Assembly: GCA_964016885.1 (NCBI GenBank)
Contig: OZ024741.1
Location: forward strand, 357,058,001 to 357,122,000
DNA length: 64,000 nt
Source of the DNA: Eledone cirrhosa
Lineage: Eukaryota
Direction: 5' to 3'
Shown here: positions 1-11,489 of the stretch, piece after piece
Layout of the letters: every line of letters begins with the position of its first letter
Numbering within the stretch: the first letter of the stretch is position 1
The notes under the pieces: generated by a model
What the model was told of the DNA's origin: nothing
Database searches by the model: none
What the model saw: only the letters and a program-made list of their open reading frames with translations
Made by a program: the position numbers and the translations under genes

Positions 1-1065
1 TTTCTTTGACTGAGCTGCAGTCCTGGGTCAAGAAGAGACCGAGACTGGGTGACTGGCATCTGGAATGTTGCCAGGCACTCACTGCGCTCTACCAGGCGGG
101 CAATGCGGTCAGTGGAACTTCCACTCTCGAGTTCTATAGAGGATTAGTGGTGGGCAAGTGCGGCGAGGCACTCGGAGAGGCTCTGGGAGTCAACGAAGTC
201 GAACTAACCAGTCTGTACCGGAGGACTTTCGAGCCGGGGACGATGGATAATTTCCAAAAATCCCTCGCTTGGCATTGCTACCGGGGGGGCACTGCCGGTT
301 CGAGATAAACTCTACAGGCACGGAAGTGCTGTCAGACGGACCTGCCCTATATGCGCGCAGAGCGACGAAACCGTTCTGCACGCACTCGTCCAGTGTCCGT
401 GCATTACTGACTTGTGGAGTTTTGTTGAACAGCTGTTGTCGCGTGTAGAACGGATCTGGCTCTCGGCCGAGTCCATAGTGAAAATCGACCCGCCGCCTTC
501 TTTTGGCCAGGAAGGGCAGGCAATTTTCCACTGTCTTATGGCAGTAGCGAAAGAGCTTGTATGGTGGACGAGGTTGAAAGGACTGAAGACAGACACTTTT
601 CTCTTCGGCCAATCCCTCATCAACTTTTTCAAGTTTCACTTGGAAAGGAAGGTTAGGGTGGAGAGAGAAGTGCTGCCCCCCAGTACATTTGTTGAAAGGT
701 GGGTGAATGTGGCGAGAATGGCCCGTGTGAGTGGGCCTACTCTGGTCATGCGGCTGTAGGTAGGTAAATTTGAAGAGGAGAGGGGTACCCTTCCAAGGTG
801 CTCTTGAAGCGTCGGGTCGTTCAGGACTGGTGGGGTACCTGAGCGAACCCTAAGTGGTCATCCCCCCTATTGGGGAATTTTTTCTTGTTGTAATTTTATT
901 GTTACTTTATTGTTACTTTGTTATTGTTACTTTGTTTATTCATATTGTTTACTCAATTTTTCTGTAAAACCCCACTGTCCCAGTCTTTTGTATTGTCCCC
1001 TATATGTCGGCCCTTGTGGCCAATAAATGAAATCATTATTATTATTGTTACTATTATTATTACTT
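1..1065 (+). mobile_element. 3' end of an L1/Tx1-like non-LTR retrotransposon (decayed ORF2 C-terminus, T-rich 3' UTR, AATAAA, (TTA)n tail)
   Basis: ~343-400 encodes CPICAQSDETVLHALVQCP (zf-RVT CCHC knuckle); ORF 412-759 resembles the Tx1 ORF2 C-terminus; AATAAA at 1022. Confidence 0.7.
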
Positions 1066-1094
1066 TTTTTTTTTTTTTTTTTTTTTTCAATTCA

Positions 1095-2755
1095 ATGATG
1101 TTCCAGAACAATATAAAAGAGATAATTGGCAATTTAGGTTCTGGAACAAAAAAGATAATTGGTAATAAGGGCAGGGGCCCCAGGTTATCACAGCCTAGGC
1201 CTGCTCGTCATCGTGCCATTGTAATAGAGCCAAACAAGGCATTTAGTCTTGGCTGCTGGAACGTACGGATGCTGCTTGACAGGGATTCCTTGGAGCGTCC
1301 TGAACGAAGGACCGCTCTTGTTGCAAAGGAGCTTCGACGTTACGATCTTGACATCGTGGCTTTATCTGAGACGAGGTTAGCTGGAGATGGTCATCTTACA
1401 GAATTTTGTGGAGAATATACATTCTTCTGGAAAAGAAGAGATGAAGGAACCAGAAGAGAGACTGGGGTAGGATTTGCTGTTAAGACTGTACTTGTGAATA
1501 AATTAGAAGAATTCCCAGTAGGGATTAGTGAGCGTCTTATGTCCATGAGAATTTTGCTGGACAAAGGAAGATATGCGACCCTGGTGAGTGTGTATGCTCC
1601 AACTATGAATTCTGTTGATGAAGAAAAAGTGTCCTTTTACCATGCCTTGAAAGGTATTTTAAGAAATATCCCTCAGGCAGACAAAGTCATCGTGCTTGGT
1701 GACTTTAATGCTAGAGTGGGTAGGGATTTTAACACATGGAATGTAATCGGAAGGCATGGAGTGCGAAAGTGTAACAACAATGGTATGCTCCTGCTGCAGA
1801 TGTGTGAGGAGCTGGATCTGTGTGTTACCAACACCATGTTCCAACAAAAGAATAAATTCAAGACCACATGGATGCATCCTGCATCTAAGGAATGGCATCT
1901 TTTGGACTACGTCTTAGTCAGGATACGTAACAGACAGGATGTGCAGTGTGTTCGTGCTCTTCATGGAGCTGAGTGCTGGACGGACCACCACCTGGTACGT
2001 GCAAAAGTGAAACTAATCACTAAACGTAAAATCCGGGCTCCTGGTGTTGCCCTGCCCAAAAGATTGAATGCTGCTCGTCTTAAGGATAAAAATGTGAAGA
2101 GTACATTGGAAGAAGAGATGCAAAGCTGGACTCGAAAGTCATCTTCGCAGTCATAAAGTAAGACCAGTGGTTGACTACCAGGCTGCTGTTGGAGATGCTA
2201 CTCATCATGCTTGCCAAACATGTGGTAGAGAATGTAAATCAGCAGGAGGGCTCAAACGACTTGCAAAAGTACACAAACTCCAACCACAGCCGACTATTCC
2301 CAGTGAATGCTTTGGTTGCCGACTCTGTGCAATACATTTTAGATCTTTGGCTGGGCTAAAAAGCCACATTCGATCGCAGCGCTGTTAGTTGCTATCGTGT
2401 GTGTGTATAGATATGTTTATGCGTGTGCGTGTATGTGTATATATATATGTATATGTATATTATTATTGTTGTTGTCGTTATTATTATTGTTGTTATTATT
2501 ATTATTATAAAGTACCAGTAATACACTGGGTATTTGTTGGCCTTGTGCCTAACGTAGAAACAATTATTATTATTATTATTATTGTTATTAATGTATATGT
2601 GTGTGTGTATATATGTGTGTGTGTATATATGTATATGTATATGTGTATATATATATATATATATTTTTTATTTTTTTTTTATTTATTTATTTATTAATTT
2701 TTTTTTTTCTCCTCGTGCAATGGCCATACTCGATAACGAGGGGGCAGCCATCAAA
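1095..2755 (+). mobile_element. Internally deleted RTE-BovB-like LINE: APE endonuclease joined to C-terminal C2H2 fingers, RT absent
   Basis: WNVRML, ALSETRL, SVYAPT, LGDFNARVG, LDYVL, TDHHLV motifs in ORF ending 2156; CxxC..H fingers at 2167-2388; terminal motif tggccatactcgataacgagggggcagccat ~2720-2751. Confidence 0.85.
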
Positions 2756-3159
2756 TGTATGTATGTATATGTATATATATATATATATATACATATACAT
2801 ACATGTATATATATATATGTGTGTATATATGTGTGTGTATATATGTATGTGTGTGTATGTGTATGTTTATGTATACATGTGTGTACGTGTATGTGTGCAT
2901 ATCCGTATGTATGTATATGTCTATATGTACAACACCATCTCCATTGGCTCTCACCTTCCCTCTATCTTTGTTCTACGCCACCCCCACTCTCTCTCTATAT
3001 ATATCCACACGCGCGCATGCACATACATGTGTGTATATATGTATATAGATATATGTATGTGTGGATCTATGTGGGCGCGTGTATGTGTGTATATATGGGT
3101 GTGTACGTATGTATATATATCAGTAAATATGCGCATGTATATATGTATACAACGTATTT

Positions 3160-3925
3160 GTCAGACTAAGAGTGTCTAGGTATGTATCTCCCCATGGACT
3201 CGACACCACCAACACATCCACCACACCACCACAAACGCCACTACCATAAACAACAACACCACAACCACACCCCACACATGCCAACCCGTCTACCGACAAC
3301 CCACTACCCCCACAGCCCATCCCAGCCAGCGACCGTCACCAACATCTTATCACATCCACCCCCACATACACTACAGGCCAAGGCCAATCCGCCACCACCA
3401 CACCACAGTCCATCACATCCAGCGACCGTCACCAACATCTTATCATCACATCCACCCCCACATACACTACAGGCCAAGGCCAATCCGCCACCACCACACC
3501 ACAGTCCATCACATCCAGCGACCGTCACCAACATCTTATCATCACATCCACCCCCACATACACAACAGGCCAGTACATCCCTTTGATCCTTCCCACCAAT
3601 CAAAACAACTCATTTTGTCAAACTCTTGAACTTCTGTCTTTACCACATAGCATGTATTTCATTTTCTTATAACATTTTAAAAGGGTCCGTCGAGCCGCCA
3701 ATTATTGAGTCGGGTAGGATCGATACAGATCGAACCTTGAGCTGATCAGTGGCGAAACGCGCGTCACCTACCAATAAATGTAATGAAGGAGTAATCAATC
3801 GTCCTTGTTATCCTTTCAATATATTACACTCTGTATAGCTCTACACCTCATCACAGAAGTAAAAACCTAAACATCGAGTGCTCTCCCGGGTGAACCTGCA
3901 GTAACTCCAAGTTACACCCCCTGGA
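3160..3925 (+). mobile_element. Probable Penelope-like element 3' end with C-rich tandem repeats and decayed HHR
   Basis: VSPHGLD reading near 3184-3204 resembles the PLE terminal PxGLN; ctgatca..gaaa-cgcgcg-tc at 3742-3765; AATAAA follows; tail motif tcgagtgct ~3875; flanked by TA-rich repeats. Confidence 0.45.
3311..3572. repeat. C-rich minisatellite, 93-96 bp unit, ~2.6 copies
   Basis: cagcgaccgtcaccaacatc recurs at 3327, 3420 and 3516. Confidence 0.9.
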
Positions 3926-3956
3926 TATATATGTATATATATATTTATATATATAT

Positions 3957-4408
3957 AGGTTTAAATACGGTGTTTTTGTCGTATTGAACAGAACAAATCT
4001 TGCAGTTTTGCTTTTTGTTAAATCGCTTGTTAAACATTCATAACCTTCCAGCTCCTCAATTCCTTAATTCTATCGTATTCTCCAATTCCTTAAATTCCTT
4101 AATTCTATCGTATTCCCAAACAAAAAACAAAATCCTTCCCATTCTTAATTCTATCGTATCCTCCAATTCCTTAATTCTATCGTATTCTCAAACAAAAAAC
4201 AAAATCCTTCCCATTCTACTTCTTATAAATTACTTTAAATATATATATTATGCTACTTGAAAGTCAAAAAATCCGCTCTACACCCTTCACCCTCCAGCTA
4301 CTCCACGAGGGGCTGCGGTCAGCCACACTCTCTCTCCCCCTTCCCCTCTCTCTCTCTTCCCTTTCCCCTCTCTCTCTCTTCCCCTTCCCCTCTCTCTCTC
4401 TCTTAGCT

Positions 4409-4487
<79 letters not shown>

Positions 4488-5126
4488 ATAAGTTCTCCTT
4501 CATGTTTATTCACTTTCGCCAATCCATCGCTGCTTCAATTATTCCTACTACGGTGTACCCATGTAATCGTAACGTACACATTTTTCTCTATCTACTCCAC
4601 GCTCAATTTCGTACATAGTCCAAACATCCAATCTCGCAAAATCCGAAATCTGTATTTTTTGTTATTTATTTAAGGTTTAAATACGGTGTTTTTGTCGTAT
4701 TGAACAGAACAAATCTTGCAGTTTTGCTTTTTGTTAAATCGCTTGTTAAACATTCATAACCTTCCAGCTCCTCAATTCCTTAATTCTATCGTATTCTCCA
4801 ATTCCTTAAATCCCTTAATTCTATCGTATTCCCAAACAAAAAACAAAATCCTTCCCATTCTTAATTCTATCGTATCCTCCAATTCCTTAATTCTATCGTA
4901 TTCTCAAACAAAAAACAAAATCCTTCCCATTCTACTTCTTATAAATTACTTTAAATATATATATTATGCTACTTGAAAGTCAAAAAATCCGCTCTACACC
5001 CTTCACCCTCCAGCTACTCCACGAGGGGCTGCGGTCAGCCACACTCTCTCTCCCCCTTCCCCTCTCTCTCTCTTCCCTTTCCCCTCTCTCTCTCTTCCCC
5101 TTCCCCTCTCTCTCTCTCTCTTAGCT

Positions 5127-5193
<67 letters not shown>

Positions 5194-5288
5194 ATAAGTT
5201 CTCCTTCATGTTTATTCACTTTCGCCAATCCATCGCTGCTTCAATTATTCCTACTACGGTGTACCCATGTAATCGTAACGTACACATA
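3957..5288. repeat. Near-identical tandem duplication, ~716 bp period
   Basis: ORFs 4000-4260 and 4716-4976 nearly identical; CT tract, TA tract and flanks duplicated. Confidence 0.95.
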
Positions 5289-5289
5289 G

Positions 5290-8200
5290 CTACCTCACAC
5301 CCCTCCCACCCGCCCCCACACACCACCATTCTTAATACGTGGACCTATCATAAGCCAGAGCCCCCCCCCCCCACCATTATTATTATTACGCGGACCAATC
5401 ATAAGCCAGAGGCCTATACTATCGCTTGCCCGGTTGCCTTCGATTTATGATGGATGGATGGATGGATGGACGGACTGCGGAATCCTGGAGAGTGGAAGGG
5501 AGAGAAAAATCTGGACGCTCAGAGCGAAAATGCCAAAGTTAAAGTCAAATTCACCTCGTGGACGAGAATGCGAGCACTCCTCTTTGTTTCGTCCGCGGAT
5601 GGCTAACATAACCCTATCTCCCCCCACCCCCCACCCTCCAAACGCAACCCAAAACTTCAGAGTTGGTACCATAAATGTAGGCACCCTAAAGGGTCGCGCT
5701 AACGAGGTTGTAGAAATGCTTGAACGTAAGGAGGTCGATGTTTGTTGTATTCAAGAGACCAGGTGGAGGGGTGGGTCTGCTAGATTCATTGAGGGTAAAA
5801 AACGATGTTATAAGCTTTTCTGGGTGGGAAACGACGATGGGCTGGGTGGAGTAGGAATCATGGTAGCAGAAAAGTGGGCAGATAAGATAATAGACGTAAA
5901 TAGAGTGAACGACAGAATAATTAAAATACGACTTGTCCTCAATAGAACTACGGTGACAGTAATATCTGCGTACGCACCCCAATCCGGACTGCCCGGCACT
6001 ATAAAAGACAGATTCTATGAGACACTGATGCTAACTACCTCCCAAATATCTGACAGTGACTATATAATTATTGCAGGCGACCTAAATGGTCACGTTGGAC
6101 AACATTGTGGCGGCTACGACGAAATCCATGGAGGCTATGGGTTTGGTACTAGAAATGAGGAAGGCTCCAGAATCCTGGAATTCTGTGATGCAAATAACCT
6201 AACTATCTGTAACACTAACTTCAAAAAACGTGACAATCACCTGATCACCTATAGATCCGGGGAACACACAAGCCAGGTAGATTATATCCTTACCAGAAGA
6301 CGTGACAGAGTGTCTGTTGTAAACACTAAATCCCTCCCCCATGAAGAATGCACCTCCCAACATAGACTGATAATTAGCGACCTCATAGTCAGGACGAGAC
6401 GTACTCGACAGCAGAAGAGGACTATCCTCAGGAGGAAAATATGGAAGCTAAAGGACCCCACAGCCAGAAATAAATTTCAAAGCATAATACTTGATGCTTT
6501 CGACAGTAAGGAAGAGCATCTAGAGTCGGACAATATAGAGGGACAGTGGGAATTTCTGAAAGCAAACCTGCTGTTGGCGACAGACGAAGTCTGTGGCTGG
6601 AGCAGGCCTGTAGGCAGGAGGAGAGTAACATGGTGGTGGAACAGTAAGGTGGAGGGGTCAATTAAGGCCAAAAAGCAGGCTTGGAAAGTATGGCAGGATG
6701 GGGGAAGTAGAGTAGACTATAAAGTGGCCAGGAGGGAAGCTAGGAGAGAAGTGTACTTAGCAAGAAGGGAAGCTGAGGAAAGAAAGTTCAAGCATGTTCT
6801 ACAACGCGATGACCAAAAACGTGAGGTGTTCAGGATTGCTAGGCAATGCGTCAAGGAAAACCGTGATATTGTCGGGGAGAAGTGTGTACTTAACGATGAT
6901 GGCATACTTGCCATCACCGACACTGATAAGAAGGTAGATTGGAAGTGTCACTATGAAAGGCTACTAAATGAGGAGAATAAATGGGAGAAAGACAGTCTCC
7001 CCCATATCGACCCAATAGAGGGACCAGCAGTGTTAGTCGAGGGGAGTATAATAAGTAAGGCAATCAAGGATATGAAGACGGGTAAGGCGGCTGGGCCTTC
7101 GGAAATAGTTGCTGAGATGCTGAAGGCATCTGGCACGGTGGGACACACCATGGTCACCCGCATAGTTAACCAAGTCATACAGAATGGGGTTGTTCCGAAG
7201 GACTGGCATAGCAGCATCATCGTTAACTGTTATAAGGGTAAAGGAGATGCCCTAGATAGGAGTAACTATAGAGGCATTAAATTAATCGACCAGGTCATGA
7301 AGGTCACGGAAAAAGTAATAGCGCAACTAATCAGAGAGAGAATTGACCTAGATGAAATGCAGTTCGGGTTTGTGTCAGGCAAAAGCACCACAGACGCTCT
7401 TTTCATAGTACGACAACTACAGGAGAAGTACCTAGCTAAAGGTAAACCCCTCTACTTAGCTTTTGTCGACCTGGAGAAAGCCTTCGACAGAGTCCCCCGC
7501 TCCATTATCTGGTGGGCTCTTAGAAAACTAGGCGTTGACGAATGGCTTGTGAGGGCTATACAAGCCATGTATAAAGAAACAGTCAGCAAGGTTAGAATTA
7601 ACAACGAATATAGTGAAGAGTTTAGCGTAAAAGTTGGCGTCCATCAGGGCTCTGTTCTCAGCCCCCTACTATTTATTATTGCCCTTCAGGCTATAACAGA
7701 GGAGTTCAAGACAGGCTGCCCGTGGGAACTCCTATACGCAGACGACCTGACACTCATAGCGGAATCAATGGCCGAGCTAGAGAAGAAATTCCAAACATGG
7801 AAGCACGGCCTAGAGTCAAAAGGACTTAAAATTAACCTGGCTAAGACCAAAGTTCTAGTTTGTAGGAAAGAAAACAAGGCGGCGGTCCCTTCTGGGAAAT
7901 GGTCGTGCTCGGTGTGTAGGAAAGGCGTAGGTAGAAACTCCATTTTATGTCCTAAATGCAAAGTATGGGTGCATAAAAGATGTAGTGGGATCACAGGTAA
8001 GCTAACTAAGAACATAGATTTTACATGTGGCCGGTGTTCTGGTGCAATAAGTAGCAGCAAGTGCCCACAAAATACTAGCTCTTTCAATTGCGCAGAGGGT
8101 TCTATAGAAATAGTGGACAGCTTCCGTTACCTGGGCGATAAAATCAGCAGTGGGGGAGGGTGCTCTGAAAGTACTGTAGCTAGAGTCAGAACTGGTTGGA

Positions 8201-9062
8201 AAAAGTTCAGAGAGCTTATACCACTATTAGCTGCTAAAGGGTTCTCCCTAAAAATGAAAGGCAGGTTGTACGATGCCTGCATACGAACAGCAATGTTGCA
8301 TGGCAGTGAGACCTGGGCATTGTGTGCAGAGGATATACGCAGACTAGAGAGGAACGAAGCTTGCATGCTCCGCTGGATGTGTAACAGTAATATACGTGAA
8401 CGGCAAAGCATAAACGAACTAAGGAAAAAATTAGAGATAAGAGGGATCAGATGTTGTTTACTCGAGAGAAGGCTACGTTGGTATGGACACGTGATGCGCA
8501 TGAAAGTCGATAGCTGTATAACAAAGTGCAGGGCAATAAAGATAGACGGTAGCCACGGAATAGGCAGACCTAGAAAAACCTGGGACGAGCTGATAAACTC
8601 CGACCTCACACACTTACACCTCTCCAAGACAATGTCACTGGACCGAGACCTTTGGCGGTACTCAGTAACAGAGAAGACCCGCCTTGCCAGTAGGCATCTC
8701 TAACAAAATACACCCCGTCCCGCCACCACCACCCCTACCCCATCCACACCACCCCGTTCTATGTAAAGTTATGTTGGTGCCGCGCCATCCAGGCCGAAAC
8801 AAATGAGATCGTGTAGGTGTCACGACAAAAAAACACACAGTCCACGCTGTAATGTGGCCGTGTAGGCAACACGGTAAAAACCTCCCAGACCCACACTGTA
8901 AATGTGGTTGGTGTTAGGAAGGGCATCCAACTGTAGAAAACCTGCCAGACAGTCCTATGCAAGCAAGACAATCACTCTTGCCTCAAGTGGGACTACCCCC
9001 GTCCAAACCCATGCAAGCGTGGAACACGGACGTTAAACGTTGATGATGATGATGATGATGAT
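5290..9062 (+). mobile_element. Apparently full-length RTE-clade LINE with (GAT)n tail (5' boundary uncertain)
   Basis: Single intact ORF; ~350 bp 3' UTR with internal repeats; tgatgatga tail to 9062. Confidence 0.9.
5530..8703 (+). CDS. RTE polyprotein: AP endonuclease + reverse transcriptase with inserted PHD-like finger
   Basis: CCIQETRW, SAYAPQ, AGDLNGHVG, NYRGIKL, QFGF, FVDLEKAFDRV, GVHQGSVLSP, YADD (7735-7746), FRYLG, LRWYGHVMR; first ATG at 5530. Confidence 0.95.
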   Translation: MPKLKSNSPRGRECEHSSLFRPRMANITLSPPTPHPPNATQNFRVGTINVGTLKGRANEVVEMLERKEVDVCCIQETRWRGGSARFIEGKKRCYKLFWVGNDDGLGGVGIMVAEKWADKIIDVNRVNDRIIKIRLVLNRTTVTVISAYAPQSGLPGTIKDRFYETLMLTTSQISDSDYIIIAGDLNGHVGQHCGGYDEIHGGYGFGTRNEEGSRILEFCDANNLTICNTNFKKRDNHLITYRSGEHTSQVDYILTRRRDRVSVVNTKSLPHEECTSQHRLIISDLIVRTRRTRQQKRTILRRKIWKLKDPTARNKFQSIILDAFDSKEEHLESDNIEGQWEFLKANLLLATDEVCGWSRPVGRRRVTWWWNSKVEGSIKAKKQAWKVWQDGGSRVDYKVARREARREVYLARREAEERKFKHVLQRDDQKREVFRIARQCVKENRDIVGEKCVLNDDGILAITDTDKKVDWKCHYERLLNEENKWEKDSLPHIDPIEGPAVLVEGSIISKAIKDMKTGKAAGPSEIVAEMLKASGTVGHTMVTRIVNQVIQNGVVPKDWHSSIIVNCYKGKGDALDRSNYRGIKLIDQVMKVTEKVIAQLIRERIDLDEMQFGFVSGKSTTDALFIVRQLQEKYLAKGKPLYLAFVDLEKAFDRVPRSIIWWALRKLGVDEWLVRAIQAMYKETVSKVRINNEYSEEFSVKVGVHQGSVLSPLLFIIALQAITEEFKTGCPWELLYADDLTLIAESMAELEKKFQTWKHGLESKGLKINLAKTKVLVCRKENKAAVPSGKWSCSVCRKGVGRNSILCPKCKVWVHKRCSGITGKLTKNIDFTCGRCSGAISSSKCPQNTSSFNCAEGSIEIVDSFRYLGDKISSGGGCSESTVARVRTGWKKFRELIPLLAAKGFSLKMKGRLYDACIRTAMLHGSETWALCAEDIRRLERNEACMLRWMCNSNIRERQSINELRKKLEIRGIRCCLLERRLRWYGHVMRMKVDSCITKCRAIKIDGSHGIGRPRKTWDELINSDLTHLHLSKTMSLDRDLWRYSVTEKTRLASRHL

Positions 9063-9744
9063 ATGTATATGCATGTATGTATATATATCATTTCATTATC
9101 ATCATCATTTCATTTTACGTCCGCTTTTTCCCTGCTTGCAAGGGTGGGACGGGAACTGATTCTGGCTTGATTTCTACAGCTGGATATATATATAACAAAG
9201 GAATTGTGGTAAGGAACCAGATGGACCATAACACACCAGAGTACCCAATACTTAGGGTAGTATGTATATGTGTATATGTATGTATATGTGTGTGTGTGTA
9301 TGTTAATGTGTCTGTTGACACCTGGAATATAGCTTAAGAGAAATATGACAATAATGATATGATAGGCATCCAATATTTTGAACTGGTTTATAGAAGTCTC
9401 TTGGCCTTTGTCACTCTAAGTAGAGCTTTAAAGAATTAGCTTTTAAAGAATTTCCCTTTTCTTTAAATCCATCAACCATGACTGACCCCCAACCATCTTA
9501 TAGACACCTGAAATATAGGCATTGTTAGCTTAAGAGAAACTTAAAAATAAGGAGTGGCACCCCATTCTGAACTTGTTTATAGAATTCTTTCTGCCTTTGT
9601 CACTCTAAATATAAATTATAGCCTTAAAGAATTAGCTTTTAATGAATTCCCTTTTCTTTCAACCAATGACCTCCACCCATCCCACTCCCCACCCTCTCCT
9701 ACCACCTGAAAAGATATAAATACCACATTTATTTTTAGAAAGCC

Positions 9745-9795
9745 AGATTCCTGATGATTTTTAAAGAATGAAACAGTTCTAGTCCTGTAGAATCT
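9745..9795 (+). ncRNA. Type I hammerhead ribozyme (family A)
   Basis: agattc-CTGATGA-tttttaaagaat-GAAA-cag ttctagtc ctg-TA-gaatct; 6-bp stem I; predicted GUA cleavage after 9789. Confidence 0.8.
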
Positions 9796-9880
9796 CATCT
9801 ACATCAAAACTTTTATACTCTGCTATGTATTGAGTACCTTACTTACTGTGGTTACCTCCGATTCAACCCGGAATAACTTA

Positions 9881-9917
<37 letters not shown>

Positions 9918-9921
<4 letters not shown>

Positions 9922-10110
9922 CGAAGGAGGTGTGGTAAGGAACCAGATGGGCCATAACGCATCAGAGTACTCAATACTTAGGGTAGTAGAGTGGGTAATA
10001 GGAAAATGTTTAACCCCGACGTTAGAGCTCAAGCTGTTTCAACAGCTTTTTCTGGACTGAAATAGCCGACGAAACGGCTTCAGCTCTGCCGTTGGGGTTA
10101 AACATTTTCC

Positions 10111-10113
<3 letters not shown>
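9918..10113 (-). mobile_element. Family B PLE-like terminus with fold-back palindrome 9998-10113 (other copies 9192-9260, 43240-43423, 61153-61352)
   Basis: Shared gtggtaaggaaccagatggaccataacgcaccagagtactcaatac sequence, TA flanks and terminal inverted arms. Confidence 0.6.
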
Positions 10114-10142
<29 letters not shown>

Positions 10143-10188
10143 TATACTGTGTGTATCTGGTTTACAATAGGTACACAATAACCCTGAG

Positions 10189-10545
10189 CGATCTGAGTTC
10201 AAATCCCGCCGAGGTTAACTTTGCCTTTCATCCTTACGGGGTCGATAAAATAAAGTACCAGTAATGCACTGGGTAATTGCTGGCCTTGTGCCTAAAGTAG
10301 AAACAATTATTAATTCATTTAGAGCTGTGGATTGGCAGTATCAGTAGAGCGTCGGACGCCATGCTTCAGGCATCAAGTTACAGCACTTTACGCTCTGAGT
10401 TCAAATCCTGCCAAGGTTAGCTTTTTCTTTCATCCTTACGGAGTTGATAAAATAAAGTACCAGTAATAACCTGATGTCAATTTAATCAACTTTCCATTTC
10501 CATTCCAATTGTTGGCCTTGTGTCAAAAGTAGAAACACTTATTAT
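10189..10545 (+). mobile_element. Two tandem copies of tRNA-derived SINE family 1
   Basis: B-box gagttcaaatcc; conserved actttgcctttcatccttacggggtcgataaaataaagtaccag; (TTA)n tail. Confidence 0.85.
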
Positions 10546-11489
10546 TGTTGTTGTTGTTGTAGAAACAGTAGTAGTAGTAGTAGTGGTGGTGATGGTGGTG
10601 GTGGTGGTAGTAGTAGTAGTATAGTAGGTGTTATTTCAATCAATATCAAAGCGTCAGCTATAAGTTTTCAGGTTGCAGAAATAAAACCTTTATGATAAAA
10701 GTGCTCATTTAAAAACCACAAAGCAATTGTAAACAAGTATAACTACATTTGATGTGTACCTTGCCACATATTCTCTTTACTTTATTCACAAGAAATATTT
10801 CATACAATATTAACTGACATGTTTAACAAAAAGAAACAATAGGGACATTTTTATATTTATGTTTGTTATCAGTATTTAAATGCATTTTGCACTTGCCCCA
10901 CAATATACTTAAAGAAATTGCATTGCTAACTATATATCGATATTTGTGAATATATTTCTATTGAATTTTATTTGTTTGGGGGGGATTTTTTATGTATAAA
11001 TGACTATATTTTTCATATAACCTGTGCCTTATTTTGCATATCACATATTCAATAGAGCTGGCTTGTGTACTCATTATGCAAATGTTGAAATGTGCAGAAT
11101 TTCTAAAAACTAGTATACAATATTTTTTTGCTTAATAATAATAATTTCAAAGCAGACCTCATCATGGACATAGTGAAACTAGCAAAAGTGTAAAAAGAGT
11201 TAATTGACAAGATATATCATCATCATCACCATCATGTCTACTTTTCATGGGTTAAATAAAGTACAGCTTTCATTTAATTTTCACCTTCCTGTGTAATTTT
11301 CTTTGTGAGTTTCAGCAACCTGAGATCAACATTCACCATTTCTGCCCATGTCTGCCTTGATCATCCTTTCCTGTAGTTTCCTTCTAGTTGGAATTCCTGG
11401 CAGTTCTTCCTATAACGATCATCATCCATACACATAGAATATATATATATAACCAACAGCAAGAATATATGGTATATAGTCAACATGAA

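Noticed and set aside
5445-8627. Antisense ORFs over the RTE
   Set aside because: Shadow frames of the LINE ORF
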